Source of the DNA: Candidatus Latescibacterota bacterium | GTDB lineage: Bacteria > Latescibacterota > UBA2968 > GCA-2709665 | DNA length: 64,000 nt | Direction: 5' to 3' | NCBI GenBank assembly: GCA_965248435.1 | Contig: OZ252100.1 | Location: 4,384,001-4,448,000, forward strand | Shown here: piece after piece, positions 13,000-23,414 of the stretch | Numbering within the stretch: the first letter of the stretch is position 1 | Layout of the letters: each line of letters begins with the position of its first letter | Notes under the pieces: generated by a model | What the model was told of the DNA's origin: nothing | Seen by the model: only the letters and a program-made list of their open reading frames with translations | The model's database searches: none | Made by a program: the position numbers and the translations under genes

Positions 13000-15360
13000 T
13001 CAGTTCTGGAGGTTTTTGTTCGACTTCCAGATAGTGAGAATTTTTTGGATGTCTTCGCGCCGTTCCGCTCGTGGATTCGTCCGAATAAGGGCCTCCATGG
13101 ACACCATGGCGCTGTCCGTCTTTCCGGCTTCTGCATAGGCTCCCGCGATCTCTCTATACCGGTTTGCAAGAAGGTCCCACGCCTCCGATGGATCCATGAC
13201 GCTGGGCGGGACGAGCATCTCGGCACGCTGGAGCGAACCGAACGCATTCGCAAGCTCACCCCTCAGGAGATAGGCTCTTATCAGCCCGTCGAACAGGACG
13301 AGGTAGTTGCCGAGCAGGCGTCGAGCAACTGGATCTTTATAGACCGTGCTGTCTGCGATGTTTCTGTATCGATAGTCGTGGAGGAGGTTCTGGTCTGTGC
13401 GTTCGAGGCTGAACTGTCCCATGGATCGATTTTTCACGAGACGGTAGGCCATCCCCTCCATGGAGAGGTAGGGCCTGAGTCCAGCTACATTGCTCGTGGG
13501 GACGGTTACCGCGAAGTAGACGGGACGCTCCCAATTGTTCTGGCTGATGACCAGCCAGATCATTCGAGTATGCGTCTCAACGACGGATACACGTTGATCC
13601 GATTCTCCGGTGGGGTACTCGGCAATAGGGACATCGTCGGCCTTAACGGTGAGTCCCGCAAAATTCACATCTCGAGGCCTCCAAAGTCGGGCCGAGGCTT
13701 CGTGCTCGATCTGTTCGTGACTCAGCCCGAGCGGAATGCTGGGTTCGAGGTCCTGGAGCTGCTTGACGTACCAGGAAGTCTTAATCAGACTCAGGTTCGT
13801 GACGCGGACGTCTGTTCGGAACCCCTTGACATATTGCAGAAACCAGAGCGGGTAGGTATCGTTGTCACCGTTCGTGAACAGAATTGCGTTGGGCTCGCAA
13901 CTATGCAGAATATTGTAGGCATAGTCGTGGGCGAGGTAGCTTCGCGATCGATCGTGAGAAAAATAGTTCTTGGCCAGGATGCCGAAAGGCACAAGAAGGG
14001 TAACAAGCGCTACAATGACAGCCTTTTGAAGGGGTCTTGCCATAGAGGCGACCGCGCAAATGAGCCCCGCTGCCCCGATGCCCATCCAGCATCCGAAGAA
14101 GGTGTAGGCTCCGACAAAGATATACTCACGTTCCCTGGGTTCCGGATCGGGCATGTTAAGGTAGAGGACGAGCCCAAGGCCCATCAAGACGAACATGGAA
14201 AAGACCGCGGCGAACTGCTTCCAGTCTCGCTGGAGGTGATAATAAGCCCCTCCAATCCCCAACATCAGGGGAATCAGGGAAAACCTGATCTTTTCGTAAT
14301 CCGCGGAGGCATGTACAGCGCGTCTGAAGACACCTGTAATTTCTCCGAAGTGGGGGAACTGCTGGAGGAAGTATTTTAAATGGATGTTCAGTTGAAATGC
14401 CCAGGGTTCCCCGCGCCTCGGGAATAACGAGTGGGTACCGTACTGCTGCCGGCTGAGAAAGTCCTTGAAGTTCTTCCACGTCTCCGGGTTGTTCATGTCG
14501 ATGGCGGGGTCCAGCCCAGAGCGTATGACCAGCGCGTAGTAGGTCGAATAGCCGAGCACGGCCAGCACGAGCGCCCAGACCCAGAACACCGGATTACGCC
14601 ACGCCGGGCGGAGGTAGATCAGGCCAACGAGGACTGCTGCGGTCATGACCGCAGATAGCCAGAACGGTAGGAGGATGGCCAGGAAGGGGTAGCAGATGAG
14701 GGCGGTTACCGTCCACGTCTGTTCGCGGATTGGCCTGTCTTCCATCAGGTCGGTGAAAACGAGGATTAGAATCCCCGGGACCGTCAGGAGACACTGCAGG
14801 TGAACGCCCGCGCCCAAGCCGAAGAGATAGGCAATCAGGAGGAGCTGACGGTCGCTGCGCTCATCCCTGTAGGCTTCGTCCCATCTCAGCGCGAGCCAAA
14901 AGGCAAAAAGCGTGAAGCACATGGATAGGGCGTAAACTTCCGCTTCGGTCGCGTTGCCCCAGAACGAGGTAGAGAAGGCGACGCTGAGCGCGGCGACGGA
15001 GCCGCCGGTCAGGATCGCCAGTTGTTCTACGGGGTTTTTGGGATCGAGCCAATTCCGGAGCAGTCTGACCACACACAGATAGACCAGGAGTACGGTTGTC
15101 GCGGCAGAGAGGACAGAGAGGCAGTTGACACGGAATGCGATCTCCTCCGAGAGGGGGAGCATCGAAAAAATTCGGCCCAAAAGGGTGTAAAATGGAGCAC
15201 CGGGAGGATGTGGCACACCAAGCATGTAGGACGTCGCGATGAATTCACCCGCATCCCAAAACGAGACCGTTGGGGCAACAGTCTTAATATAGACGAGAAG
15301 TGCAAAGAGGAACACGATGGCGGCAACGATGCGATTTCGTTGCCCGAAAGGGTCGATCAC
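13000..15360 (-). CDS. DUF2723 / TMEM260-like polytopic membrane protein (GT-C glycosyltransferase-like)
   Basis: APTVSFWDAGEFIA, VPHPPGAP, EAEVY, FTNGDNDTYPLW; GTG start overlaps upstream TGA (GTGA). Confidence 0.88.
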   Translation of the reverse strand: MIDPFGQRNRIVAAIVFLFALLVYIKTVAPTVSFWDAGEFIATSYMLGVPHPPGAPFYTLLGRIFSMLPLSEEIAFRVNCLSVLSAATTVLLVYLCVVRLLRNWLDPKNPVEQLAILTGGSVAALSVAFSTSFWGNATEAEVYALSMCFTLFAFWLALRWDEAYRDERSDRQLLLIAYLFGLGAGVHLQCLLTVPGILILVFTDLMEDRPIREQTWTVTALICYPFLAILLPFWLSAVMTAAVLVGLIYLRPAWRNPVFWVWALVLAVLGYSTYYALVIRSGLDPAIDMNNPETWKNFKDFLSRQQYGTHSLFPRRGEPWAFQLNIHLKYFLQQFPHFGEITGVFRRAVHASADYEKIRFSLIPLMLGIGGAYYHLQRDWKQFAAVFSMFVLMGLGLVLYLNMPDPEPREREYIFVGAYTFFGCWMGIGAAGLICAVASMARPLQKAVIVALVTLLVPFGILAKNYFSHDRSRSYLAHDYAYNILHSCEPNAILFTNGDNDTYPLWFLQYVKGFRTDVRVTNLSLIKTSWYVKQLQDLEPSIPLGLSHEQIEHEASARLWRPRDVNFAGLTVKADDVPIAEYPTGESDQRVSVVETHTRMIWLVISQNNWERPVYFAVTVPTSNVAGLRPYLSMEGMAYRLVKNRSMGQFSLERTDQNLLHDYRYRNIADSTVYKDPVARRLLGNYLVLFDGLIRAYLLRGELANAFGSLQRAEMLVPPSVMDPSEAWDLLANRYREIAGAYAEAGKTDSAMVSMEALIRTNPRAERREDIQKILTIWKSNKNLQN

Positions 15361-16403
15361 GCTCGGGACCTCAGATAGATTGGGTTCGTGAAGATCCACG
15401 GCTTGTCGTGGATCTTCGCCTCCATTCGGTAGACGCCTGGGGAATTTGCACGGAATTCGATCTGCTTCGCTGTGTGTAACGCGACCTGGTGGCCATCGCA
15501 CAGGATCCTGATCTCTGCCTCTTCGGGGACTTCAGCGGACAGTTCAATCACAGCTGAGAACTCAGCTTCGTCTCCCATAACGAGACGCCCGTCTGCGGAT
15601 CCGAACCAGGTCCCCGTGGCGTCTTGAATGAGGTCGTAGGAGATAAAGCAATGTCCTTCACCCATCGCCTGGATGAGCAGGGAACGATCATTGGTAAAGG
15701 AACGGTTGAAGGGTTGACGTGTCAGCACGTGGGTACGTACGGTCCGGAAGAGATCCTGGTAGGGAAAAACCACAAAAGGCAGGAGTGGGATTCGCCGAGC
15801 GTGTGCGTCTACACCACCGATACAGACGACGCGTGTCGTTTTACAGAGTTGGTCCCATTTGCGGAGCGTCTGGTCAAAGGGACCCTTTATCTGCGCACCG
15901 GGGTCACGGTAATGCCTGTGCCCCCTGAAGTAGCGAAATCCGCTGGCCCAATCGAACATGTAGGACCAAAGCTCCAGGCCTGTGTAGGAGTTTACCGCCC
16001 AGTCTCCCCAGGAATGGTCCCGCTTCCGGAACAGGGGGCGGTAGACGCCGTGCGGATGGGCGAGGAACGCCAACCCCCTCTGCGACACGATGTCTTCGAT
16101 GATGGCCCCTAGAGGCTGCTCGGCATCGACGGACCGAGAGGTCCCGATCGCGAGACAGTCGCCGTCTCGGTTGGACACCTCTTCGCCTACAACAAGGAGT
16201 TGGCCTCCGTGCCATCCCTCCCACCCCTCTTCCTTCGCCTTCAGAGTGTTGTGATCCGTAAGTACGAGAAAGTCGAGGTTGGCGCCATCCGCGGCTTCGA
16301 GAATCTGAGGGACTTTTCCCGATCCATCCGAAAAGGTGGAATGGATATGGATGGCCCCGATATACTCGGAAAACGGACGGTTCTTTTTAGATGTGGAGAG
16401 CAA
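15357..16403 (-). CDS. PHP-domain (CehA/McbA-like) metallohydrolase
   Basis: HIHSTFSDG, TDHN, AHP, GGVDAH, WIFTNPI. Confidence 0.85.
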   Translation of the reverse strand: MLSTSKKNRPFSEYIGAIHIHSTFSDGSGKVPQILEAADGANLDFLVLTDHNTLKAKEEGWEGWHGGQLLVVGEEVSNRDGDCLAIGTSRSVDAEQPLGAIIEDIVSQRGLAFLAHPHGVYRPLFRKRDHSWGDWAVNSYTGLELWSYMFDWASGFRYFRGHRHYRDPGAQIKGPFDQTLRKWDQLCKTTRVVCIGGVDAHARRIPLLPFVVFPYQDLFRTVRTHVLTRQPFNRSFTNDRSLLIQAMGEGHCFISYDLIQDATGTWFGSADGRLVMGDEAEFSAVIELSAEVPEEAEIRILCDGHQVALHTAKQIEFRANSPGVYRMEAKIHDKPWIFTNPIYLRSRA

Positions 16404-16454
16404 AGTATAGATAGAGAGGCCGGAATAGGTCTGTCTCCGGTCCCATGCCTGACT

Positions 16455-16703
16455 TCATTCTTCCAGTTCTTCTGGGCCGTAGATCCGGATAGACTCGAAC
16501 TGCTGCTCAAATTTCATGTAGTAGACCGTGTTGCCCTTGAGCACCCAGGCGATGCTGCCGGAACCTGTAATCATCGCCGGAGGCATGGGTATTTCTTCCT
16601 CCGCATACGCCGTCCCTGGTTTCATCAGGGGCGCGAGCAGGTTGGCTGCGAGCAGGAGTGCGACAAGTGTGAGCATGACCTTTGTATACCTATTGCCTTT
16701 CAT
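16455..16703 (-). CDS. Small exported/membrane-anchored hypothetical protein
   Basis: AAGGAGG SD; signal-peptide-like N-terminus. Confidence 0.65.
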   Translation of the reverse strand: MKGNRYTKVMLTLVALLLAANLLAPLMKPGTAYAEEEIPMPPAMITGSGSIAWVLKGNTVYYMKFEQQFESIRIYGPEELEE

Positions 16704-16919
16704 AACGGCGATCCTCCTTTGAAGAAGCCTTTCTAGAACTCGATTCCGCGGTCGGACAGCCGGTACCGGGAACCAGGCCTACGGAAGTCCAATAATGTAA
16801 CGGTTCTAGGACCCTCAGTCAAGCGCAAACCCGGCAGACAAAGCTCGCAACTTACAGAAAAACAGAAACTAAGATACATGCCGCGCTTCGCCAGCCATCG
16901 AAACGGTGAATGGACAGGT

Positions 16920-16960
16920 AAAAAAAGGCCACGGCCCTCAAACTTTCAGGCCGTGGCCTT
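16920..16960 (-). terminator. Intrinsic terminator after sigma factor gene
   Basis: AAGGCCACGGCC / GGCCGTGGCCTT stem then T run on minus strand. Confidence 0.8.
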
Positions 16961-16983
16961 CCTCTTTCTGGTAATATGGTCGC

Positions 16984-17841
16984 CTAATGTAGGTAGGATT
17001 TGAGCGGGCGGCTGCGGGAGGTGTGTCGCAGCCGTCTTATGGCCTTTTCCTTAATTTGGCGAACCCTTTCCCGAGTTAGGCCAAAGCGCTCCCCGATCTC
17101 CTCCAGAGTCAGGGGCTGCTCTCGACTTATCCCGAAGTACAGGCTGATCACTTCGGCTTCCCGTGGCGTGAGGGTTGCAAGGGCTTTTTCGATCTCCCGT
17201 CGAAGGGAGTCGTCCATCATGGATTCATCGGGTGGTGCCTGCTCCTGATCCTCAAGCACATCGAGCAGGCTGTTATCCTCACCGTCGTTGAACGGAGCGT
17301 CGAGAGAGAGATGGCGGCTGGATATTTTCAAGGTGTCCATCACCTCAAAGTCGCTCATGTCGAGCTCATCCGCAATCTCACTGGGGCTAGGTTCTCGCCC
17401 GAACTCCTGTTCAAGTCCGCTTGAGGCCTTGCCGATCTTGTGCAACGCCCCGACGCGATTGAGCGGTAAGCGAACGATTCGGGACTGCTCGGCCAAGGCC
17501 TGCAAAATGGCTTGGCGAATCCACCAGACGGCATACGAAATGAATTTGAAGCCCTTGGTTTCGTCGAAGCGTTTGGCTGCCTTGATCAGACCAAGATTCC
17601 CTTCGTTGATCAGGTCTCCCATCGAGAGTCCTTGGTTCTGGTATTGTTTTGCCACGCTAACGACAAACCTCAAGTTTGCTTTTGTTAACCTTTCCAACGC
17701 ATCCTGGTCACCCTTTTTAATCCTTTTGGCAAGGGTGACTTCCTCAGCTGCCGTGAGAAGGTTTACTACGCCGATCTCCTGAAGATATTGATCGAGCGAT
17801 TCGTCTTCACGCGCATATGGCCGTTTTGCTAGTTTAGACAC
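16984..17841 (-). CDS. RNA polymerase sigma70 factor, RpoD/SigA family (short, no region 1.1)
   Basis: [21 protein letters not shown], region 4 [16 protein letters not shown]. Confidence 0.95.
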   Translation of the reverse strand: MSKLAKRPYAREDESLDQYLQEIGVVNLLTAAEEVTLAKRIKKGDQDALERLTKANLRFVVSVAKQYQNQGLSMGDLINEGNLGLIKAAKRFDETKGFKFISYAVWWIRQAILQALAEQSRIVRLPLNRVGALHKIGKASSGLEQEFGREPSPSEIADELDMSDFEVMDTLKISSRHLSLDAPFNDGEDNSLLDVLEDQEQAPPDESMMDDSLRREIEKALATLTPREAEVISLYFGISREQPLTLEEIGERFGLTRERVRQIKEKAIRRLRHTSRSRPLKSYLH

Positions 17842-18042
17842 TCGTCAGCCTCTCCTTGCACTGGGAGGGTAGTGCGGTTGACTGGAGGGTCGGAAGGCGT
17901 TCTTCGCGGGAGATCCGAACCTCCGGGTGGTTTCGACTGTCGCAGTGAACTAAGGGTGGGTGTTGTGAGACTCGGGAAAAACGTGCTACATTGGCCGACC
18001 TCCTTTAGGGTTGGGAGTGAAGGCTTCGGTGGGGTACCGAAG

Positions 18043-19437
18043 CTACTTTTTTGCTGGGCGCAGGGCGACGAACCGTGTGACGCCCTCATCCCTTTTCAGA
18101 ACCAGAAAGAGCGCAGGTTTCGACTGAGCCATTGCCTTTCGGAGGATCTTCCTATACTCACGCGTATTCCAAAGCGGGATCTCGTTGATTTCGAGGATGA
18201 CGTCTCCTCTAACGATTCCTCTTTCCTCGGCGATCCCTCCAGGGGTCAGATAGCTGACGACTACACCCTGACCCGTTCTTGCTACTCTCAACCTTTGTCC
18301 CTCGATGCCCGAGCGGTTCTCAACCTCTAATCCTGGCCAGCCGCTGTCTCGGGGTGAGGGGGCAGGAGAAACCGGGCCCTGTCCCGTCGAAGGTCTCCGC
18401 CCAAGCAAGACAGGAAGGGTCTGGGCCGCTCCATTTCGAAGGATCGATAATTGGACTTCCGACCCTGGACGCTGATTCGAGACCATCGTTAGAAATCCAG
18501 CAGTGTTTAAAACAGACCTGCCGGAAATCTTCAATATTACGTCCCCGCGAACCAGCCCACCGTGTTCTGCCGGACTGTCTGGTTCAACCTCGCCCACGAG
18601 CACACCCCCCGAGGGGGAGATCCTCAAGGCCTCAGAGAGGTCCCGAGTGAGATCCTGAGGATAAACCCCCAAGTAGCCTCTTACTACTTTTCCGTGGCTT
18701 CGAAGTTCGCCGACGACTCTTCCCGCAAGATTGATCGGGATAGCAAACCCGATGCCGGGCGCAGCAGGGTTGTAGGCGGTGTTTATCCCGACCACCTGTC
18801 CATTCATGTTTACAAGGGGTCCGCCGCTGTTTCCCGGATTGATCGAGGCGTCGGTCTGGAGAAAGTCTTGGAAAGAGGGGGGCGCGACATCGCCCTCGAT
18901 CGTGTCCAGCCGGCGTCCTTTTGCACTGATAACACCCACACTGACCGTATGATTCAAACCGAAAGGACTTCCTACCGCCATCACCCAGTCACCGACTTGG
19001 ACAGAATCAGAATCGCCGAGGTGTGCAACATTGTGCGCGTCGATCCGGTCGTCAGCAATCGCCCGGATCAGGCTCAAATCCGTTTCCGGATCTTGTCCTA
19101 CGATTTCCGCCGGAAAGTTTCTCCCGTCGGAAAGGGTTACTTGTATTCGAAGAGCCTCGTCGACCACGTGATTGTTGGTGAGGATATGCCCCTGTCGGTC
19201 GATAATGAGGCCCGAGCCGTAGTACCGAGGGGCGGGGCTACGCCGCTTCCGAGCACGGTCGATCTCGTATCCGCGTGCCTTGCTGATCGTGATACCTACG
19301 ACGGCCGCTCGCACCTTTTGTGCGACTTGAACAAAAGGGCTCGGGTTCCCCGTGGGTACCGCCGGGGGCGCTTCGGCCTGAGCCGTCCCGAAAGCCAGAG
19401 AAAGCCAAGCGACGACGAGGAGACGCGGGGTCGACAT
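18043..19437 (-). CDS. DegP/HtrA serine protease with two PDZ domains
   Basis: Signal peptide, TNNHVV, TDL, GNSGGPL, two PDZ-like domains. Confidence 0.93.
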   Translation of the reverse strand: MSTPRLLVVAWLSLAFGTAQAEAPPAVPTGNPSPFVQVAQKVRAAVVGITISKARGYEIDRARKRRSPAPRYYGSGLIIDRQGHILTNNHVVDEALRIQVTLSDGRNFPAEIVGQDPETDLSLIRAIADDRIDAHNVAHLGDSDSVQVGDWVMAVGSPFGLNHTVSVGVISAKGRRLDTIEGDVAPPSFQDFLQTDASINPGNSGGPLVNMNGQVVGINTAYNPAAPGIGFAIPINLAGRVVGELRSHGKVVRGYLGVYPQDLTRDLSEALRISPSGGVLVGEVEPDSPAEHGGLVRGDVILKISGRSVLNTAGFLTMVSNQRPGSEVQLSILRNGAAQTLPVLLGRRPSTGQGPVSPAPSPRDSGWPGLEVENRSGIEGQRLRVARTGQGVVVSYLTPGGIAEERGIVRGDVILEINEIPLWNTREYRKILRKAMAQSKPALFLVLKRDEGVTRFVALRPAKK

Positions 19438-19463
19438 GCCTTTGATCCCTAGGCACCCTTCGC

Positions 19464-19781
19464 CTAGGCCCCTTTCTCCCCTCCCTTTAGCGTCTCGAGT
19501 CTTGCCTCCCGCTCTTTGAGGACGGCGTCCAGTTCCTTCAGTTTTTGCAGAATCGTCTTCACGTCCTCCTTCTGAGCGATGCCGGCCTTCTGGTTCTGGT
19601 CTAGGTGGTCGTAGACCGCACCTCCCAGCTCCGCGAATTTCTCGTGGATCGTGTGCCTTGTCTCCGCGACGTCGAGGTGTGCTCGCCCCAACCTGCCGAG
19701 CTGCTCAGCTTTGTCGACGGCCGCGGATGCGCTTTCCAGAATGCCTTTCTTGATCCGGTCCCAAAGTGCTTCTGGTTCCAT
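19464..19781 (-). CDS. Hypothetical helical/coiled-coil protein
   Basis: Clean ORF with GAGG SD, co-oriented with neighbours. Confidence 0.7.
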   Translation of the reverse strand: MEPEALWDRIKKGILESASAAVDKAEQLGRLGRAHLDVAETRHTIHEKFAELGGAVYDHLDQNQKAGIAQKEDVKTILQKLKELDAVLKEREARLETLKGGEKGA

Positions 19782-19810
19782 TGCCTCACCTTCCGTTGCG
19801 ACCGAAAGAG

Positions 19811-20260
19811 TCAGCCGGGTGAGCCAGGGACTCCGAACCCCGCATTCCGAAGCTCCTGGATGAGCAGTTCACGATTTGCACGCGAGACCTCTCGGCCCTG
19901 AATCGAGAGGTTCGAGGTTTTCCTGGCTAGTCGGCGAAGTTGGGGTACAGAAAGGGATTCAAGGTCAAGCTGTGGGTTGGCCTCGTTGTTCAGGCCAAAC
20001 ATATCGACCAACTGCGGGTGAGGATTCGGGATGACGTGACTGGCCACGAGATTTCCCACGTTCTGGGCCGCACGAGATCCTGCCTCTACTGCCGCATTCA
20101 CGGCGCCCACATCGCCTAGGATCTGAATGGAGACCAATCCCCCGTCGGCCGATTCGAATGCGCATACTTCCACCGCCGCGGCCTTGGCCGCGGCGTCGGC
20201 AGCCTCGACCACACCCACGAAGCCCAACAATTCAATCAGACCCAGCGCCTTCTGGCTCAT
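19811..20260 (-). CDS. BMC-H shell protein with C-terminal helical extension
   Basis: ALGLIE...EAADAAAKAA...GDVGAV...HVIPNPH plus ~55 aa tail; start moved to MSQKA. Confidence 0.9.
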   Translation of the reverse strand: MSQKALGLIELLGFVGVVEAADAAAKAAAVEVCAFESADGGLVSIQILGDVGAVNAAVEAGSRAAQNVGNLVASHVIPNPHPQLVDMFGLNNEANPQLDLESLSVPQLRRLARKTSNLSIQGREVSRANRELLIQELRNAGFGVPGSPG

Positions 20261-20656
20261 CGCATAATGCCGTCGACGATCGCAATGCAAAATGAACGAA
20301 AATCGAGCGGCACCCCAGACTACGAACACTTAGCCGGGTTGGCCGCCCGCTATTGTGACACGATGCAGACGTGGATATTTTGGAGAGAAATAGAGGCAAA
20401 TATGGATAGGTGGGTGGGAAAGACTCTGATCAATCTAACGCTGGCGATAACAAGATGTAATAATAACAAAATTCCTCTTCTCTGTCACGCACTTTTTAAC
20501 CGGAAACAAGACCATTTCCCTTGTGTAAGAGAATCTTATGGTTGTTCGGCTTGGGGCCTCAAGGAGTCTTAAATCGACTATCGTCCATAAGGGCGTTCCG
20601 AGTAACAAAATCTTGTGGCAGAGATCCAGAAGACACAAGATCTAGACCGGTTCCAT

Positions 20657-22117
20657 TCAGTCCCTCTGCTCAAAGAAGTCCCCTGCCCAATGGTATCTAC
20701 TGACCCCGTTTGGCGTGCCGAACCAGACATAGCCGCCTTGTAGAAGGATGGCCTGTATCTGATCGTAGATGAGCCCATCCGTAATGTTGAAAGCTCTCCA
20801 GAGGCCGTTTGTGATGTCGAGTCGAAAGGCGCCATCCAGCGTCCCGACCCAGGCACGAGTCGAGTCGGCGGCCAGGGCCACCCTCTGGCTCCCGCCGATT
20901 TCTGACAGTGGAAACCACTGCCATTCGGCACCGGGCTCAGGGAGATGGGCCAGGCCCGGGGGTGTTCTCGAGGCTGCCCACACCCCAGTTTCGTGGATTG
21001 AAAGGCCGACTACAGGATTCCGGGTCAGCTGGTCCGGACCCTGGACCGGTCTCCAGACGACGTCCTCGCGGTCACATTGATAGAGCCCCAGGTCGGTTGC
21101 CGCCCAGATCTGATCCGGTCCGCCGGCAATGGCGCGAATGTCGAATCGTTCGCTCCCTGCCACGGTGCGAACGGTATCTGCCGCGAGATCCAGGACAGCG
21201 AGGCCTGACTCGGTGCCGATCCAGAGCCTTTCTTCATTCCTGAGAAGGGCGGTGACCCGACCGGAACCCCTTCGGCCAAGACGATACGTGATCCAATGTC
21301 CATCTTTTTTGGTAAGTCTCACGAGTCCGGTGGATGTGCCGAACCAGACCTCTGTTTCGTCGGGGAGTATCGTCGAGACGTCCGTGTCGTTCAAGCCGAT
21401 GATATCATCGGGTCTGAAATACTCCCAGGACTCGGTCTGAGGATCGTAGCGGGAAATCCCTTGTTCAGACCTGCGATAGGTGTTCCCCCCCCCAAACCAG
21501 ATTTTCTCCCCGTCGCGCGCGATTGCCGTCACATTTTCCTGGATCGGTCCAAATTGATGGAACTCGAGCTGCCTGTCCGCAAGGTCTGCGCGGCCTACGC
21601 CGAGACCAAACGTCCCCATCCACAGAATTTTCCAGCTGTCGATGAGCACATCCGTTATCGGATACGACCACCTGGGTCCCTGAACGTGATTGGATTCGAG
21701 GTGGTAGCCGAAAGGGGGGAAGATCGGTGGGATGGAAGATCGCAACCTCGGTGGCCGAAGGTGGGCAGGTCTCTCTCCTCCGTAGAGGACTGTCTCAATC
21801 CTTGAAAGCCATCGCCCATTGCCTGTGGGTGTATCAAACCAGAGTTCTCCAGAGTTTCGATCGAATCTCAGGTTCTCCACTCGATTGTCGGGGAGGCCGT
21901 CCAGGGTCGTCAGCGGACTCAGCCAGCGTTCGAAAAAACGGTCATACCGACGAATGCCACCCGTGGTTCCGACGTATATCTTGTCTTCGCCCTCGGCAAA
22001 TGATGTGACCTCATTCATGTTAGTGAAGCTGGTCCAGATCTCTCGATCGTAGGATTGCACGGCGAGAGGGCAAGGAAGGAGAAGACAAGCGGCGAGAGCG
22101 ACAGACCTGAAATTCAT
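20657..22117 (-). CDS. Secreted beta-propeller protein (regulator-propeller-like repeats)
   Basis: Signal peptide; repeated (I/L/V)W.GT..G blades and DGL motifs. Confidence 0.75.
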   Translation of the reverse strand: MNFRSVALAACLLLPCPLAVQSYDREIWTSFTNMNEVTSFAEGEDKIYVGTTGGIRRYDRFFERWLSPLTTLDGLPDNRVENLRFDRNSGELWFDTPTGNGRWLSRIETVLYGGERPAHLRPPRLRSSIPPIFPPFGYHLESNHVQGPRWSYPITDVLIDSWKILWMGTFGLGVGRADLADRQLEFHQFGPIQENVTAIARDGEKIWFGGGNTYRRSEQGISRYDPQTESWEYFRPDDIIGLNDTDVSTILPDETEVWFGTSTGLVRLTKKDGHWITYRLGRRGSGRVTALLRNEERLWIGTESGLAVLDLAADTVRTVAGSERFDIRAIAGGPDQIWAATDLGLYQCDREDVVWRPVQGPDQLTRNPVVGLSIHETGVWAASRTPPGLAHLPEPGAEWQWFPLSEIGGSQRVALAADSTRAWVGTLDGAFRLDITNGLWRAFNITDGLIYDQIQAILLQGGYVWFGTPNGVSRYHWAGDFFEQRD

Positions 22118-23328
22118 CGAGAGGGGGAGGCGAAATCAGGGCTTTGAAGGAAGGACATCACTTCGCGGGCAACGATCCGTTCTTCGTCAGTCTTGATGAT
22201 CAAAATCTCTACAGGACTTCCAGGGACTGAAACGGAGCAATCTGCCTTTTCGGTCCTGTTCCTGTCGGTTTCCAGGCGAATGTTCAGACCTTGCAGGCCC
22301 GTACAGATCTGCTCCCGAATGCTGGCGCCTCGTTCTCCGGTGCCCCCCGTGAAGACGAGTGCATCGAATCCTCCGAGTACGGCCGCCATCGCCCCGATCT
22401 CCTTTTTGACACCATAGCAGAAGGCCTCGATCGCGAGGCGGGCACGGTCGTTTCCTTCTTCCCGGGCCTGTTCCAGGTCTGGCACATCCCCACTGATCCC
22501 GGAGATTCCCAGCAGGCCGCTCTGTTCACAGAGTATCTTCACGGCTTCTTCAGTGGAAAGCCCTTCCTGGTCCATCACATATAGGAGGACAAATGGATCG
22601 AGGGAGCCGTTTCGCGTGGCGTTGATAATGCCGTCCTGGGGCGAAAATCCCATCGAGGTATCGACGGACTTTCCATTTCTTATGGCACAGACCGAAGCGC
22701 TGCCCCCCAGGTGGCACGAGACAATCCTCAGCTCTTCTCCGGACCTGCCGAGGAGTTCCGCGGTGCGTTCCGAGACGTATCGGTGGGAGGCGCCGTGGAA
22801 TCCGTACTTTCGGATCCCGTGGGATTCGTACCAGCTGTAGGGCACGCCGTAGATGAAGGCGTAGTCTGGAATTGTGGTATGGAACGCCGCTTCGAAGAGT
22901 CCTATGAGGGGAAGATCCGGGTAGAGGTTTCGGAAGATGCGGATGGCCTCGATGTAGGGCGGATTGTGTGCCGGCGCCAGGAGGTTGTAATCTGCCATCC
23001 GCCGAAGGACCCCATCCGTTAGGCGATAGGTACCCGGTTTGCCACGAAGATGGACGGTTTTGAACCCGACCGCATCGAGTTCTGAAACGTCCTTCAGCAC
23101 GGCGTCTTTAGATGTCACAAGTTGATCCAGTGTGTTGCGGATCGCACTCGGGTAATCTGCTATGCGTGCTCGGGTCCGGATTTCCGATCCGGCGGTCCGG
23201 TGTTCTATCGGCGATTCGGGATCTCCGATTCGTTCAACACGGCCCTCTGCCAGGATCGTTTCTTCCGGCATGGCGAAGAGCCGATACTTGAAGGAAGTGC
23301 TACCGACGTTGGCAACCAGGACTTTCAC
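22114..23328 (-). CDS. ackA: Acetate/propionate kinase (PVM-type)
   Basis: KVLVANVGSTSFKY, APAHN, YGFHGASH, CHLG, FTGG.GE; GFKTVH variant; start 23328 or 23352. Confidence 0.92.
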   Translation of the reverse strand: MKVLVANVGSTSFKYRLFAMPEETILAEGRVERIGDPESPIEHRTAGSEIRTRARIADYPSAIRNTLDQLVTSKDAVLKDVSELDAVGFKTVHLRGKPGTYRLTDGVLRRMADYNLLAPAHNPPYIEAIRIFRNLYPDLPLIGLFEAAFHTTIPDYAFIYGVPYSWYESHGIRKYGFHGASHRYVSERTAELLGRSGEELRIVSCHLGGSASVCAIRNGKSVDTSMGFSPQDGIINATRNGSLDPFVLLYVMDQEGLSTEEAVKILCEQSGLLGISGISGDVPDLEQAREEGNDRARLAIEAFCYGVKKEIGAMAAVLGGFDALVFTGGTGERGASIREQICTGLQGLNIRLETDRNRTEKADCSVSVPGSPVEILIIKTDEERIVAREVMSFLQSPDFASPSR

Positions 23329-23354
23329 GGTGATGAGGTGTCCCTGGGGCACGC

Positions 23355-23381
23355 AAAAGGGGAGGTCGAACCTCCCCTTTT
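23355..23381 (-). terminator. Intrinsic terminator hairpin inside BMC locus
   Basis: AAAAGGGGAGG-loop-CCTCCCCTTTT between aldolase and ackA. Confidence 0.7.
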
Positions 23382-23414
23382 GAATTATTAATGTGGATTT
23401 TCGTCTTCGGCAGT

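Noticed and set aside
12988-14379. 463-aa plus-strand ORF, and other long antisense ORFs such as 1500-2381, 18562-19452 and 37826-38797
   Set aside because: Shadow frames opposite well-supported genes in GC-rich DNA; no recognisable motifs.
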